A stretch of 64,000 nt of DNA from Candidatus Falkowbacteria bacterium (GCA_003518055.1 DOZJ01000001.1:68253-132252), one strand, 5' to 3'; shown: positions 19,252 to 29,857, counted from the first letter of the stretch. Made by a program: numbers and translations. Notes: a model not told the origin generated them from the letters alone.

Positions 19252-20803
19252 AAAATCAATCGTGGCAGTAATTTGCATGATTTTTTTGATTGGTTTGCCG
19301 GTTGGCGGCCAAGCCCAGAACACGAGCGCGGATACCGGTTTGACGGTGGATGGTCCCGGTCAACTCCAAGCAGTGGCCGGTGATGATCGCAATGTGGTGG
19401 TCGGCCGGCAGGTATTGTTCAGCGGCAACGCATCGCTGGCGCCTGACGTTAGCGGCGTAGAATATTTTTGGGATTTTGGTGATGGGACTACAGCTCGAGG
19501 ATCTGAAGTAGTTCATATTTATAATAAACCGGGAGTTTATCGAGCGACTTTGACGTTGTTCCTCGGGCAGGCGGAATCAGTTGATGAAATAATCGTTTCG
19601 GTTGACAGAGATATCGCCATTTTGATCACTGACTCGGACGTCACGGAAGATGGCTGGAAGCTATTGCAAGAGAAAGCATCGACGCAGGAAACATTGTTGG
19701 TTAATATAAAAGCGGATGAAAGCAGTGTTGAATACGTTAAAATTTCCGGTCTGACGCAAAAAATTATTGACGCCAAGGATGAGATTCGACAGGCTCGATC
19801 AATTATAATTTTAACCGGCAATAACATCGGATTGAACGCGCTACTTAATGCCAGCCAAGAATTTGCCAAAGGAACAGATTTGGAATCACTTGGATTCAAA
19901 AATAAATCAATCGTGGTATTGACCAGCGAGAATTTGTCCGTGACTTCCAGATTGGCACAGAATATTTTTCGGCTGTTGTCGCCAAGAAGACTGTTGGTGT
20001 CAAAAACTGAGGCCAAAGAGATGGTAGCCGGTAATTTTGATATCACGAGTTTAACTCAGGAATTACAAAGCGCAGGCGTTGATTATCAGCTAATCGGAGT
20101 TCATACGCAGCGGCCGCTGATGAATCTCCGGCCGTGGAATTTTTTGTCATATATGGTGAGCTCCATGGTAAATAAAGGAGTGGCGCTCAATACGATTTAT
20201 TTGATTTTGATTTTGCCGGTTTTGTCGATGGTGATCGCTTTTGCGCGGCAGTTGATCGGGATCAAGGCGTTTGGAATTTATGCGCCGTCACTGGTGGCGG
20301 TTTCGTTTCTTGCCACTGGAATAAAATATGGATTGGCAATATTTGTCATCGTCTTGATAATCGGGACTTTGGCTCGGTTGGTGGCCAGAAAAATCAAGAT
20401 TATGTATCTGCCCCGGATGTCGATTGTATTGTCGATTGTCAGTTTGTCAATTTTATTTTTATTCTATCTCGGAGCATGGTCAAATCAGTCAGCCTTGATA
20501 TCGATTTCGGTATTTCCAATATTGATTATGGTGATTATAACGGAAAAATTCATTTCCGCGCAGATTGAGTTTGGCAACAAGGCGGCGTGGCAACTGTTCG
20601 TGGAAACGTTGATTCTATCCATGGCCTGCTATTATTTGGCTAACTGGGAGGCGCTCAGGGCGTTGATTCTCGGTTATCCGGAATTAATATTTGTGACCTT
20701 CCTGCTTAATTATTTGCTCGGCCGCTGGACCGGGCTCCGATTGTTGGAGTTGTATCGATTCCGTAACGTAATAAAAAATGTTGAGCTTCCTGAAAAAAAG
20801 TAA
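19244..20803 (+). CDS. secreted PKD domain fused to 7TM domain (7TM_transglut/PgsC-like)
   Basis: signal peptide, WDFGDG PKD, then RQLIGIKAFGIYAP, PRMS, FPILIM...EK, GRWTGLRLLELYRF. Confidence 0.85.
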   Translation: MLRKSIVAVICMIFLIGLPVGGQAQNTSADTGLTVDGPGQLQAVAGDDRNVVVGRQVLFSGNASLAPDVSGVEYFWDFGDGTTARGSEVVHIYNKPGVYRATLTLFLGQAESVDEIIVSVDRDIAILITDSDVTEDGWKLLQEKASTQETLLVNIKADESSVEYVKISGLTQKIIDAKDEIRQARSIIILTGNNIGLNALLNASQEFAKGTDLESLGFKNKSIVVLTSENLSVTSRLAQNIFRLLSPRRLLVSKTEAKEMVAGNFDITSLTQELQSAGVDYQLIGVHTQRPLMNLRPWNFLSYMVSSMVNKGVALNTIYLILILPVLSMVIAFARQLIGIKAFGIYAPSLVAVSFLATGIKYGLAIFVIVLIIGTLARLVARKIKIMYLPRMSIVLSIVSLSILFLFYLGAWSNQSALISISVFPILIMVIITEKFISAQIEFGNKAAWQLFVETLILSMACYYLANWEALRALILGYPELIFVTFLLNYLLGRWTGLRLLELYRFRNVIKNVELPEKK

Positions 20804-22175
20804 AGGAGTTTTGGGCATGAACGCCCGAAATCTCGATTTTATCAGACTGGGCGGCTCAAAACGAGCCAGAAAATTGGTTGATGATAAATTACGGACCAAA
20901 CAGCTGCTAAAAAAAGCGGGGCTGCCGGTCGCCAAAAAAATTGCCGTGATCCGCGATCGCAATCAGTTTTATAATTTTGACTGGAACAGTTTGACTCCAA
21001 GTTTCGCGCTCAAGCCTAATCGCGGTCTTGGCGGAGAAGGTATCATGGTGACTTTTGGCCGCAAGAAAAACGGCAAGTGGGTTTTGCCACTTGATCGAGA
21101 AGCGGATATTGAGGATATTAAACTTCGGGTTAGCAATATATTGGACGGTGACTATTCTATAACAACTAGTCCGGATGCGGCGTTTTTTGAAGAGAGAATC
21201 AAAATCCATCCGGCGTTTAAATTGTATTCATATAAGGGTGTGCCGGATATTCGGATAATTGTGTATAATAAAGTACCGATAATGGCGATGCTTAGGCTGC
21301 CAACCAAGGAATCAAACGGCAAAGCCAATCTTCACGCCGGCGGCATTGGAGTCGGAATTGATATTAAAACTGGGATTACGACCAACGCGACTTATAAACA
21401 CAGAATGATTGAGGTGATTCCGGAGAAAAAATTTCCCATCAGAGGTATTAAAATTCCATACTGGGATCAGATGCTTGAAATCGCCATTGAATCGCAAATC
21501 GCCTGCGGGTTGAATTATGTTGGTGTGGATATAGCGCTAGATCGGGAACGTGGGCCGATTATTTTGGAGTTGAACGCACGGCCGGGCTTGGAAATTCAAG
21601 TGGCGAATTTGGCGCCGCTCAAAGATCGACTGCTTCGGGTCAAAGGCTTGAAAATCAACACAACGAAAAGGGGCATTAACGTGTCCAAGGAGCTTTTTGG
21701 TGGTGAAATCGAACAGGAAATTGAGGAAATTTCAGGCAAACAAGTGGTGGGTATTATTGAAGATGTCAGGCTGATCGCCAAAGACAAGAAAATCATTGAA
21801 CTTAAAGCCAAAATTGACACCGGGGCCGGGGTGACGTCGATTGATGAGGATTTGGCGGCGGCTCTTGGTCTTGAAAGCGCGGTTAATTATTACGCCTCAT
21901 TTAATTTGCCTGAAACGATGTCGGTGGCGGAAATGGATGAACTCAGCAAACAAAAATTATGGAAACAGTTAGAAAAACATCCGGACATTACATCAGTCAT
22001 TAAAACGGTCAGCAGCCATGGCGCCTCATACCGGATGGGGGTGCCGATAAAATTTGTTTTGTCTGGAGTCGAAATTAATTCGACGGCGTCGGTAATCAAA
22101 CGGCAAGACATGAAATATCCGATTATTATCGGGCGACGGGATCTTAAACGATTTTTGGTGGATCCGAGTAAGTAG
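20778..22175 (+). CDS. alpha-L-glutamate ligase-like ATP-grasp fused to retropepsin-like (RimB/Zn_protease-type) peptidase
   Basis: LGMNARN, KPNRGLGGEGI, PDIRI, ANLHAGG, LELNARPGL; C-terminal AKIDTGA and IIGRRDL. Confidence 0.88.
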   Translation: MLSFLKKSKGVLGMNARNLDFIRLGGSKRARKLVDDKLRTKQLLKKAGLPVAKKIAVIRDRNQFYNFDWNSLTPSFALKPNRGLGGEGIMVTFGRKKNGKWVLPLDREADIEDIKLRVSNILDGDYSITTSPDAAFFEERIKIHPAFKLYSYKGVPDIRIIVYNKVPIMAMLRLPTKESNGKANLHAGGIGVGIDIKTGITTNATYKHRMIEVIPEKKFPIRGIKIPYWDQMLEIAIESQIACGLNYVGVDIALDRERGPIILELNARPGLEIQVANLAPLKDRLLRVKGLKINTTKRGINVSKELFGGEIEQEIEEISGKQVVGIIEDVRLIAKDKKIIELKAKIDTGAGVTSIDEDLAAALGLESAVNYYASFNLPETMSVAEMDELSKQKLWKQLEKHPDITSVIKTVSSHGASYRMGVPIKFVLSGVEINSTASVIKRQDMKYPIIIGRRDLKRFLVDPSK

Positions 22176-22205
22176 GTGTAAACTAGGAACTGGGAACTAG
22201 GAACT

Positions 22206-22305
22206 AGTAAAGCAAGAAAGCGATCCGTCTACGCTAAAGCTTCGACGGACAGGGATAAGCGAGTAAAGCAAGTACGGTGAGTAAAGAGCAATTAGTAAAG
22301 AGGGA
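22206..22305 (+). repeat. 100-bp dispersed repeat, copy 2
   Basis: near-identical to 3344-3443. Confidence 0.9.
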
Positions 22306-22376
22306 GGGGTAAAGAGTAAAGAGTAACTGGGAACTAGGGAGTAGGTGGGGGAAATTAGGAATAAGTAATTATTATT

Positions 22377-23228
22377 ATGAAAATATTGTTAATCGGGCCG
22401 GCGTCGACGGAAAATACATTGTTGGCTGAGGCGGCGAAAAAGAGAAAGCATGAGTTTACGCAAATTTCGATTCAGAAAATCACTTATTTACTCAAAAATA
22501 ATGAATTTGAGATTTATAACGGTAAAAATTCACTCGCTAATTTTGATGTTTGTTTGATCCGCGGCGTCAATCCGTATTTTGCTCGAGCAAAAACATTAGC
22601 CAAAGCGCTTTATCGAAAAGGCGTAAAGGTGGTTGACCGAGAGCTGTATCAAAAAGTATATATATTTGATAAGTTGTTTATGTATTCGGCGCTTAGTTAT
22701 CATGGGTTGCCGTGTCTCGACACTTATTATTATCCAACGGTTTTGGCTTTTAAGCGTTTTGGGAAAGATTTAAATTATCCCGTACTGCTCAAAGATATAA
22801 ATGGAATGCACGGTCGGAATATTTTTTATAAAAAAACCCAAATAGAGCTGGAAGAATTTTTCGGCTGGCGGAAAATAAATAATTATTTTATTCAAAAATT
22901 TATTCCGACTGATTATTATTACCGCGTGTTGGTGGTTGGGAACAAAGTTTTGGGCGCGATGAAAAGAAATACGCTGATGTCAATCAGAAAAAAAAGAATT
23001 CCCCTTGAAAAAAGATCGCATAAAACAGAATTAACGCCGGAACTAAAAAAATTGGCGCTCAAAGCGGCCAAAGCGACAAATACTGATATTGCCGGAGTGG
23101 ATATTATTTATGATAATGATAAACCGTATATTTTGGAGGTAAATAGATCTCCGCAGTTTAAGCGATTCACGCAAGTGATGGGAATAGATGTGGCGGCGGA
23201 AATAATTACATATTTAGAGCAGGTTTAA
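22377..23228 (+). CDS. RimK-family ATP-grasp ligase
   Basis: YPVLLK..GMHG, QKFIP, RVLVVG, AGVDI, LEVNRSPQF. Confidence 0.88.
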   Translation: MKILLIGPASTENTLLAEAAKKRKHEFTQISIQKITYLLKNNEFEIYNGKNSLANFDVCLIRGVNPYFARAKTLAKALYRKGVKVVDRELYQKVYIFDKLFMYSALSYHGLPCLDTYYYPTVLAFKRFGKDLNYPVLLKDINGMHGRNIFYKKTQIELEEFFGWRKINNYFIQKFIPTDYYYRVLVVGNKVLGAMKRNTLMSIRKKRIPLEKRSHKTELTPELKKLALKAAKATNTDIAGVDIIYDNDKPYILEVNRSPQFKRFTQVMGIDVAAEIITYLEQV

Positions 23229-23280
23229 TTTAGTATCGGAAACAAATTTGAGGTGAAAGGCACTCAGGTACAAACAAGAT

Positions 23281-24243
23281 ATGAAAAATAAGAATGTTGT
23301 GGTGATATATCATGGCGATGACTGGAAGAGGGATTTGCCTATGCGAAAAGCCGAATCAACTCGGAAATCATTTGAGTATTGGCATGAAAAAGGACTGGAA
23401 AAAAATATTAATTTTTATCGGGCCAGCATTCAGTGGTACGACGATGAAAAGGCGATTTTTAATAAAGTATGGGCTTTTCGCGATGGGAAGTGGATCAAAA
23501 TCAGGAGCGCGATTAAACCGGATTTGATATTTGATAAGATTACCAGCAAAAGAAATTATCAGTTGTTCGAACGAAAGGTTGGTATGGCGGCCAAGGTTAA
23601 ATTATTCAACAATCCGTTGTTTCGGCTGATGTTTGATAATAAATTCACGCAATTTTTGATGTTTAATGAGTTTATGCCTCAGTCGATGCTGGTTAATAAC
23701 CGAGCGGAATATCTTGCTGGTTTAAAGAAAATGAAAACGGCAAAGGTGGTGGTTAAACCGCTGTTCGGTTCAGGTGGATTTAATATTTTGATCGAGGACA
23801 AAAGTAAACTGGTAAATAAACGGCTGGTTTTTCCGGTGATGCTTCAGGCGTTTGTGCGCAGTTATGACGGCGTGCCGGGGATTGAGGGGATAAAAGGCGT
23901 GGCGGATTTGCGATTGGTGTTTATGAATCACAAATTGATTTATTCTCTATCCCGAATCGCTAAAAAGAATTCTCTGTTTACGAATTTTCATCAGGGAGCG
24001 ACGGCCGTAATCGTGGATAAAAAGAATATTTCAAGAAAAATTTGGGCGATGGCAAGAGAGATACAAAAAAAGCTGCGTGTATTTACGGAGGCGAATTATT
24101 CGTTGGATTTCATTTTTGATCATACGGGTAAACCGTATTTGCTCGAAATGAACACGACGCCGGGAATGGATTTACTACACGAGTTGGGCCAGGATAAATT
24201 AAAAGAAAAAAATTTAGATGAGTTAATAAAAATAGTGAAATAA
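23281..24243 (+). CDS. ATP-grasp ligase (RimK/YheCD-like)
   Basis: KPLFGSGG, DLRL, TNFHQGA, SLDF, LEMNTTPG. Confidence 0.85.
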   Translation: MKNKNVVVIYHGDDWKRDLPMRKAESTRKSFEYWHEKGLEKNINFYRASIQWYDDEKAIFNKVWAFRDGKWIKIRSAIKPDLIFDKITSKRNYQLFERKVGMAAKVKLFNNPLFRLMFDNKFTQFLMFNEFMPQSMLVNNRAEYLAGLKKMKTAKVVVKPLFGSGGFNILIEDKSKLVNKRLVFPVMLQAFVRSYDGVPGIEGIKGVADLRLVFMNHKLIYSLSRIAKKNSLFTNFHQGATAVIVDKKNISRKIWAMAREIQKKLRVFTEANYSLDFIFDHTGKPYLLEMNTTPGMDLLHELGQDKLKEKNLDELIKIVK

Positions 24244-24247
24244 TCAT

Positions 24248-27094
24248 ATGGATCACAAGCAATATCAGGGTGACAAAATGAATAACATTACACATCGCAA
24301 GCGGTCGAAAATTAAACAATTTATTTTTCGGTACGGCGTAATGAGCGCGGCTTTGGCGCTGATTTTCTTTGTGGCTGTTATCGCGTGGTTTTCTCGCGGA
24401 CTGCCGAATCCGGACAAGATTATCGACCGTCAAGTGGCGGAGAGCACCAAAATTTACGACTCAAAAGGGGAAGTGATTTTGTATGAAATTCACGGAGAAG
24501 AAAAAAGAACCGTGGTTCAGCTCCAAGACATTCCGGACGCGGTCAAATGGGCGACGATTTCAGCCGAGGACAAGAATTTTTACGATCATCACGGGTTTAA
24601 TTTATTCGCCATGTTTAGAGGGGTGGTGATAGATCCGATCTTGACCGGCAACCGGCCGCGCGGCGGTTCAACGCTCACGCAGCAATTGGTCAAAAACGCC
24701 ATATTAACCAATGAACGATCAATTTCACGTAAAATAAGAGAGTTTATTTTGTCGTTTAGAATTGAACAAAAATTTGAAAAGGATCAAATTTTACAAATGT
24801 ATTTGAATGAGATTCCATACGGCTCGACCGCGTACGGAATCCAGTCGGCGGCGCAGACATATTTTGGTAAAAATGTTCAGGATTTGACGCTGGCTGAGGC
24901 GGCGTTGCTCGCGTCCTTACCAAAGGCGCCGTCATATTATTCACCTTATGGCAGTCATATTGATGATCTGATTTCAAGGCAGCAATATGTATTAAATTTG
25001 ATGGTGGAAAATAGCTATATTTCCGAAAATGAAGCGGCTGAAGCGAAAAAACAGGAATTAACTTTCAAGCAACGGGAAGAATCAATTCAAGCGCCGCATT
25101 TTGTGATTTACGTTAAAGAAAAATTGGCTGAAATGTTCGGGGAAAAGGTGGTGGAACAGGGCGGATTAAAAGTGATAACCACCCTTGATATTGAAAAACA
25201 GAAAATGGCGGAAGAGGCGGTGTTGAGCGGGGTTGATAAACGCGGAGGGCAATATGGATTTTCAAACGCCGCTTTGTTGGCCATTAATCCGAAGGATGGA
25301 CATATTGTGGCCATGGTGGGATCAAAAGATTATTTTGACGACACCATTGATGGTAACGTCAATGTCACGACCAGATTGCGTCAGCCCGGATCTTCGATCA
25401 AACCGATGATTTACGCGGCGGCGTTTGATAAAGGGTATACGCCCGATACAATATTATTTGATGTCAATACCACGTTTAAAACTGACGCGGCTGATTACAG
25501 CCCAAAAAATTATGATCTCGGTGAGCGCGGTCCGGTGACAATGAGAAAAGCGCTTCAGGGGTCACTCAATATTCCGGCGGTAAAGACGTTGTATTTGGTG
25601 GGCGTGGAAAAACAATTGGATTTTCTTGAGCTAATGGGTTACACATCGTTTGATGACCGGTCGCGGTTTGGTTTGGCTTTGGTGCTTGGTGGTGGAGAAG
25701 TGTCACTCATGGATCATGTGTCGGCGTTCGGGGTTTTCCCAAATGAAGGCGTCTATCGGGAGCCGGTGGCGATCCAAAAGGTTCAGGACGCCAAAGGAAA
25801 TGTTTTATTTGAAGTCCAAAAACATGAACGCAAAGTCTTGAATGAAAATATTGCCAGAATGATGAACAATGTGTTATCTGACAATGGCGCCCGGGCCTAT
25901 ATTTTTGGCGCGAGTAATTCTTTGACCTTGCGTAATCGAGCTGCAGGCGTTAAAACCGGTACCACCAATAATTTCCGCGACGCTTGGACGGTTGGATATA
26001 CACCATCTCTGGTGACCGGAGTGTGGGTCGGTAATAATGATAACTCGGAAATGAAAAGAGGAGCAGATGGAGGCATAATCGCGGCGCCGATTTGGAATGA
26101 GTTTATGAATAAAGCGCTGGAGGGGACGGAAGTGGAAAGTTTTGTCGGTTATGAAGCACCAAAAACGGATAAAGCGATTTTGAATGGTAAATTCGCCAAT
26201 GAAAAAACAGTTAAGATTGATAAATATTCACAAAAATTAGCGACCGAATATACGCCGGAAGAAGCGGTAGAAGAAAAAACATTCAAAGAGATACATAATA
26301 TTTTATATTATGTAAACAAGGATGATCCTCGAGGATCAGCACCGTCCAATCCGGCTGGAGATCCACAATACAACAATTGGGAGTCAGCGGTACAGGCTTG
26401 GCTGGAGAAGCAAAGAAAAAATCCGGATCCAAAGATCGCCGAAGAGTATAGTTTTATAAACGAGGCGGTACCGACTGAATTTGATGATGTTCATAAACCG
26501 GAATTCAGACCGACATTGCAATTGATATCACCAAATAATAACCAGACAATTTCCGATGCTTATTTGAACGTTGAGGTGTCAGTGTCGGCACCGAGGGGAG
26601 TGGCCGGCGTGGATTATTATCTTGATGATCAATTGATCGGACGGGTAACAAATTATCCATTCGGTTTGAATTATGCCGTGAGTTCACTTTTTGGCAATGG
26701 TTATCATCGACTGAAGGTGATGGCCTATGATAATGTGATGAATAAAACGGAAATTACGATTGATGTCAATTTGTTGATTTCAGAGAGGGCAGAGGCCAGT
26801 TTATCGTGGATCAGGCCGAATGATGGCCGTAAATTCAAGCGGGAAAGTTTTCCAATTCAGACTGAGGTTAAATTGACTGATTTGTTCGCGGTGAAAAAAA
26901 TTGATTTTTATTACCGGTTGAAAAATCAAAACGATTACGTCCTCTATTCATCGGAAGTTTCGCCCGGATCATCATCAGTGGTGGTAAATATGAGTGCTCC
27001 GACGGAGAACGGTGAATATGAGCTGACAGCTGAAGCGACATTGAATGACAACCGTAAAATTAATTCGAATATTTTAAGCATCACAATCGAGTAA
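24248..27094 (+). CDS. class A penicillin-binding protein (PBP1a family) with C-terminal Ig-like domains
   Basis: EDKNFY.H.G, GGSTLTQQLVKN, SSIK, SLN, KTGT. Confidence 0.95.
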   Translation: MDHKQYQGDKMNNITHRKRSKIKQFIFRYGVMSAALALIFFVAVIAWFSRGLPNPDKIIDRQVAESTKIYDSKGEVILYEIHGEEKRTVVQLQDIPDAVKWATISAEDKNFYDHHGFNLFAMFRGVVIDPILTGNRPRGGSTLTQQLVKNAILTNERSISRKIREFILSFRIEQKFEKDQILQMYLNEIPYGSTAYGIQSAAQTYFGKNVQDLTLAEAALLASLPKAPSYYSPYGSHIDDLISRQQYVLNLMVENSYISENEAAEAKKQELTFKQREESIQAPHFVIYVKEKLAEMFGEKVVEQGGLKVITTLDIEKQKMAEEAVLSGVDKRGGQYGFSNAALLAINPKDGHIVAMVGSKDYFDDTIDGNVNVTTRLRQPGSSIKPMIYAAAFDKGYTPDTILFDVNTTFKTDAADYSPKNYDLGERGPVTMRKALQGSLNIPAVKTLYLVGVEKQLDFLELMGYTSFDDRSRFGLALVLGGGEVSLMDHVSAFGVFPNEGVYREPVAIQKVQDAKGNVLFEVQKHERKVLNENIARMMNNVLSDNGARAYIFGASNSLTLRNRAAGVKTGTTNNFRDAWTVGYTPSLVTGVWVGNNDNSEMKRGADGGIIAAPIWNEFMNKALEGTEVESFVGYEAPKTDKAILNGKFANEKTVKIDKYSQKLATEYTPEEAVEEKTFKEIHNILYYVNKDDPRGSAPSNPAGDPQYNNWESAVQAWLEKQRKNPDPKIAEEYSFINEAVPTEFDDVHKPEFRPTLQLISPNNNQTISDAYLNVEVSVSAPRGVAGVDYYLDDQLIGRVTNYPFGLNYAVSSLFGNGYHRLKVMAYDNVMNKTEITIDVNLLISERAEASLSWIRPNDGRKFKRESFPIQTEVKLTDLFAVKKIDFYYRLKNQNDYVLYSSEVSPGSSSVVVNMSAPTENGEYELTAEATLNDNRKINSNILSITIE

Positions 27095-27100
27095 TATTAT

Positions 27101-27127
27101 AAAACGAGGTTGGTTTGACCTCGTTTT
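27101..27127 (+). terminator. intrinsic terminator
   Basis: aaaacgaggtt-ggttt-gacctcgtttt. Confidence 0.7.
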
Positions 27128-27285
27128 GTGATTTCGAAAAATTATTATCACGTTTTAAGTCTTGAATCGGCTGGTTGTTTGTTTTTTGGGGGGTAGGGTG
27201 GGGCAATGGACAATGAACTATTTCTTTGCTAACATATTATGAACTTCAATTAATGAAATGACATCAGACGGAAACGGAGGCATGA

Positions 27286-27576
27286 ATGACGATTGAGCCG
27301 ATCATTGACAACCCGACGCAGCCATCGCAGAGAATAAAGAGAATTGTATATTGTTTGCTGGGAATTTGCTGGATTCTGACACTCGCAACAATAATTTTTG
27401 TGATTTTGGAGCTGAAAGCATTGGCTTTGGGGTCGGCTTTGGCTGTGTTGGCTGTAGCTGTAATTATGGAATTGTACATGAGAATAAACAAAGTCGGTGA
27501 GATTTATCTGCAATTCGGACGAAAACAGAAATTGAAGCCTGATGGAGACGAAGAACAAACGAAGCCAGATTGCTGA
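27286..27576 (+). CDS. small 2-TM protein
   Basis: ggagg SD, two hydrophobic helices. Confidence 0.65.
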   Translation: MTIEPIIDNPTQPSQRIKRIVYCLLGICWILTLATIIFVILELKALALGSALAVLAVAVIMELYMRINKVGEIYLQFGRKQKLKPDGDEEQTKPDC

Positions 27577-27614
27577 TATTCTTAAGTGCCCCATTACAAG
27601 ACGAGAGGCAAATC

Positions 27615-27932
27615 ATGGAGAGTAAAGGACATGATCGTGATCTTAGAATTGCGGGAGAAAAACGACATTTTGGAGAAAAATTTTTACTCTGTTTAGGTGG
27701 CGTCATATGCTGTTTGGCTGGGGTGGTGGCTATGATTGAAGGAATACCGCTGTTTTTTTTCTTATTTACGACATTTACCACCTGGTGGCAAAGCGCGTTG
27801 ATTATCATATTTTTAGAATTATATTTGGTCGGCGTTGGTGGGCTGTTGATACTCGGTGAATGTTGTCATAAAAAATTGGATGAATGGCGTGAGGCTGAAC
27901 GGGGAGAACGAGTGGATGAGTTGTTCAGTTGA
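27615..27932 (+). CDS. small 2-TM protein
   Basis: gagagg SD before ATG 27615. Confidence 0.6.
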   Translation: MESKGHDRDLRIAGEKRHFGEKFLLCLGGVICCLAGVVAMIEGIPLFFFLFTTFTTWWQSALIIIFLELYLVGVGGLLILGECCHKKLDEWREAERGERVDELFS

Positions 27933-27984
27933 GGTTGAAAATCAAAGGCGAAACTTTGGAGAGGGAATAACCGAGGAGAGTTAA

Positions 27985-28467
27985 ATGAGAAAAATTTCCA
28001 AGCGGGTAAAGTTATTAATTTTGGTAATTTTGACGATCGTTTTTGTGATCGTCTTGTGTTTGATGAAGAGAGATACCGCATTGTTAATGTTGTTGATTGG
28101 AGGCGTTACCGGTTTGTATAGCGGCTGGGTCATTGTTTTGAGTCCAATCCAAACAAAAACTAAGGGGGAGAAAATTATGACATCCGAGGCTCAAGCTAAA
28201 TTAGGTCCGGCTGTCCGGTGGTGGTGGAGAGGGCTGATTGTTTTGTTGGCGGTCATCACTTTGGCGACCTTTTTGGTCACGGTGGTGTTTTTGGCTTTCG
28301 GTATTTTGGGTTGGGGAGTGTTGGCTGGTTTGGTTATGCTGGTCGCGTTGTTCTTACTGTCATTTGTCGAAGACAAGGCTGGAATTCGGGCTGAATCTGA
28401 TCCGTCGGAAACAACCGGCCGTACCGGATGCGTGGGGAAGGATAATGGGTTTAGAGTTAATTGGTAA
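27985..28467 (+). CDS. small membrane protein, possibly two fused 2-TM genes
   Basis: gaggag SD; second in-frame SD and ATG at 28177. Confidence 0.6.
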   Translation: MRKISKRVKLLILVILTIVFVIVLCLMKRDTALLMLLIGGVTGLYSGWVIVLSPIQTKTKGEKIMTSEAQAKLGPAVRWWWRGLIVLLAVITLATFLVTVVFLAFGILGWGVLAGLVMLVALFLLSFVEDKAGIRAESDPSETTGRTGCVGKDNGFRVNW

Positions 28468-28536
28468 CCGGGTTATGTTTGAAGATCTTCGTTTAATTAA
28501 ACGGAGATTTTTTAATAAAAATGATATAATGTGATT

Positions 28537-29073
28537 ATGAAAGATCAATTTGAAACCACAACTGATTTTACCAATATTTGCAACAAAATTTTGGATTATT
28601 TGGGGCGTCAGGATTACTCGGAGGCCAAGTTGGTGGAGAAGGTGACAAACTTAAAAAAGTATTACCCAAAAACAAAGCGATATGATAATTATACGAGTGA
28701 GAATGTGACGAGGGTAATTGAAGAGTTGAAAAAAAAGGGAGTGATGGATGAAGTGAAATTTTTAACCAGAATGCTGGAAGCATACCTCGGGCGGGAATAT
28801 GGAATCAGAACAATTGAAAGAAAAATGCGGGAGAGAAAATACAAAAAAGAAAACATCGTCGAGGTAATAGATAGTTACAGGCGAAGTGGAAGTGAATTTG
28901 ATTATACGAAGATAGAGAAAGTGGCAGTTAAAAAGAAAGAGCAATGGGAGAAAAAATATTATGATGATAAACAGAAATTTTATCAAATTAAAACTAAGTT
29001 ATACGTTTGGTTGGCGCAAAAGGGATTTGAATCAGGTGAAATTAAACAAATTATAACAAGGATATATAAATAA
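28537..29073 (+). CDS. recX: RecX-family regulator
   Basis: YLGRQDYSE..L..K, YG...I...M, KL..WL..KGF three-helix repeats. Confidence 0.75.
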   Translation: MKDQFETTTDFTNICNKILDYLGRQDYSEAKLVEKVTNLKKYYPKTKRYDNYTSENVTRVIEELKKKGVMDEVKFLTRMLEAYLGREYGIRTIERKMRERKYKKENIVEVIDSYRRSGSEFDYTKIEKVAVKKKEQWEKKYYDDKQKFYQIKTKLYVWLAQKGFESGEIKQIITRIYK

Positions 29074-29074
29074 T

Positions 29075-29650
29075 ATGACGAAAAAGACAAAAACAGTAAT
29101 GATTATTGGAGCGGCGTTAATAATTGCTGCCGGAGTTTATTATGTCGCGGCTCCGCGGGTGAAATTTTGCGGTGATTGCCAGACAGAAACCGGTAATAAT
29201 GAAATAAACAATTTCGAATCATGCGTTGATGCCGGCTATCCGATTTATCAAACTCAGCCGATTTATTGTTTGACCCCGGAGGGAGAAGTTTTGGTCCAGC
29301 CGGTAGATGACCAATTGTGGGATCTGAGCGATAATAAACGCGAAACATTATTGTCCCGAATAGATAATGTTAAGGTCTGGTTTGAGGCGAGCGTATCGAC
29401 GTATAAATATGACGGATCAAATTTAACGTTCAAGGGATTCGAGGATAACAATGACGGTTGTATGTTTGATGACGGCTGTCAGGCGTATGTTTTTCAATTT
29501 GATTCCAGCCACGCCGGATATGGTGACAGAACCGGGCAAGCTTTGGCTCAGGTGATAACCACTCACGTGACGATTGTGTTTGTAAAAGATGGCGTTCCAA
29601 TTTTAGCGGTCACGGATGGGGAGTTTGAGGAGTATAAGTTGTCAAGATAG
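29075..29650 (+). CDS. membrane-anchored hypothetical protein
   Basis: N-terminal TM, NFESCVDAGYP..P..C.TP.G motif, GYGDR.G. Confidence 0.75.
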   Translation: MTKKTKTVMIIGAALIIAAGVYYVAAPRVKFCGDCQTETGNNEINNFESCVDAGYPIYQTQPIYCLTPEGEVLVQPVDDQLWDLSDNKRETLLSRIDNVKVWFEASVSTYKYDGSNLTFKGFEDNNDGCMFDDGCQAYVFQFDSSHAGYGDRTGQALAQVITTHVTIVFVKDGVPILAVTDGEFEEYKLSR

Positions 29651-29857
29651 GTTTGAAATAGGGCTAAAATGGTGTAATCTTTGTGTTCACAGACGGATTT
29701 CCAAGACGGGGGTATTTTGCTATAATAACAGCAGCGTTAAGAGCTGATGGATGGAAATTAATGGAAACTAATAGAAATAAGAAGTTAATTGTTTAGTTTA
29801 ATGGATTTCTATTGGTTTCTTTATTTCAATAAATTTCAGCGTTTATTTTTTTTGTTT

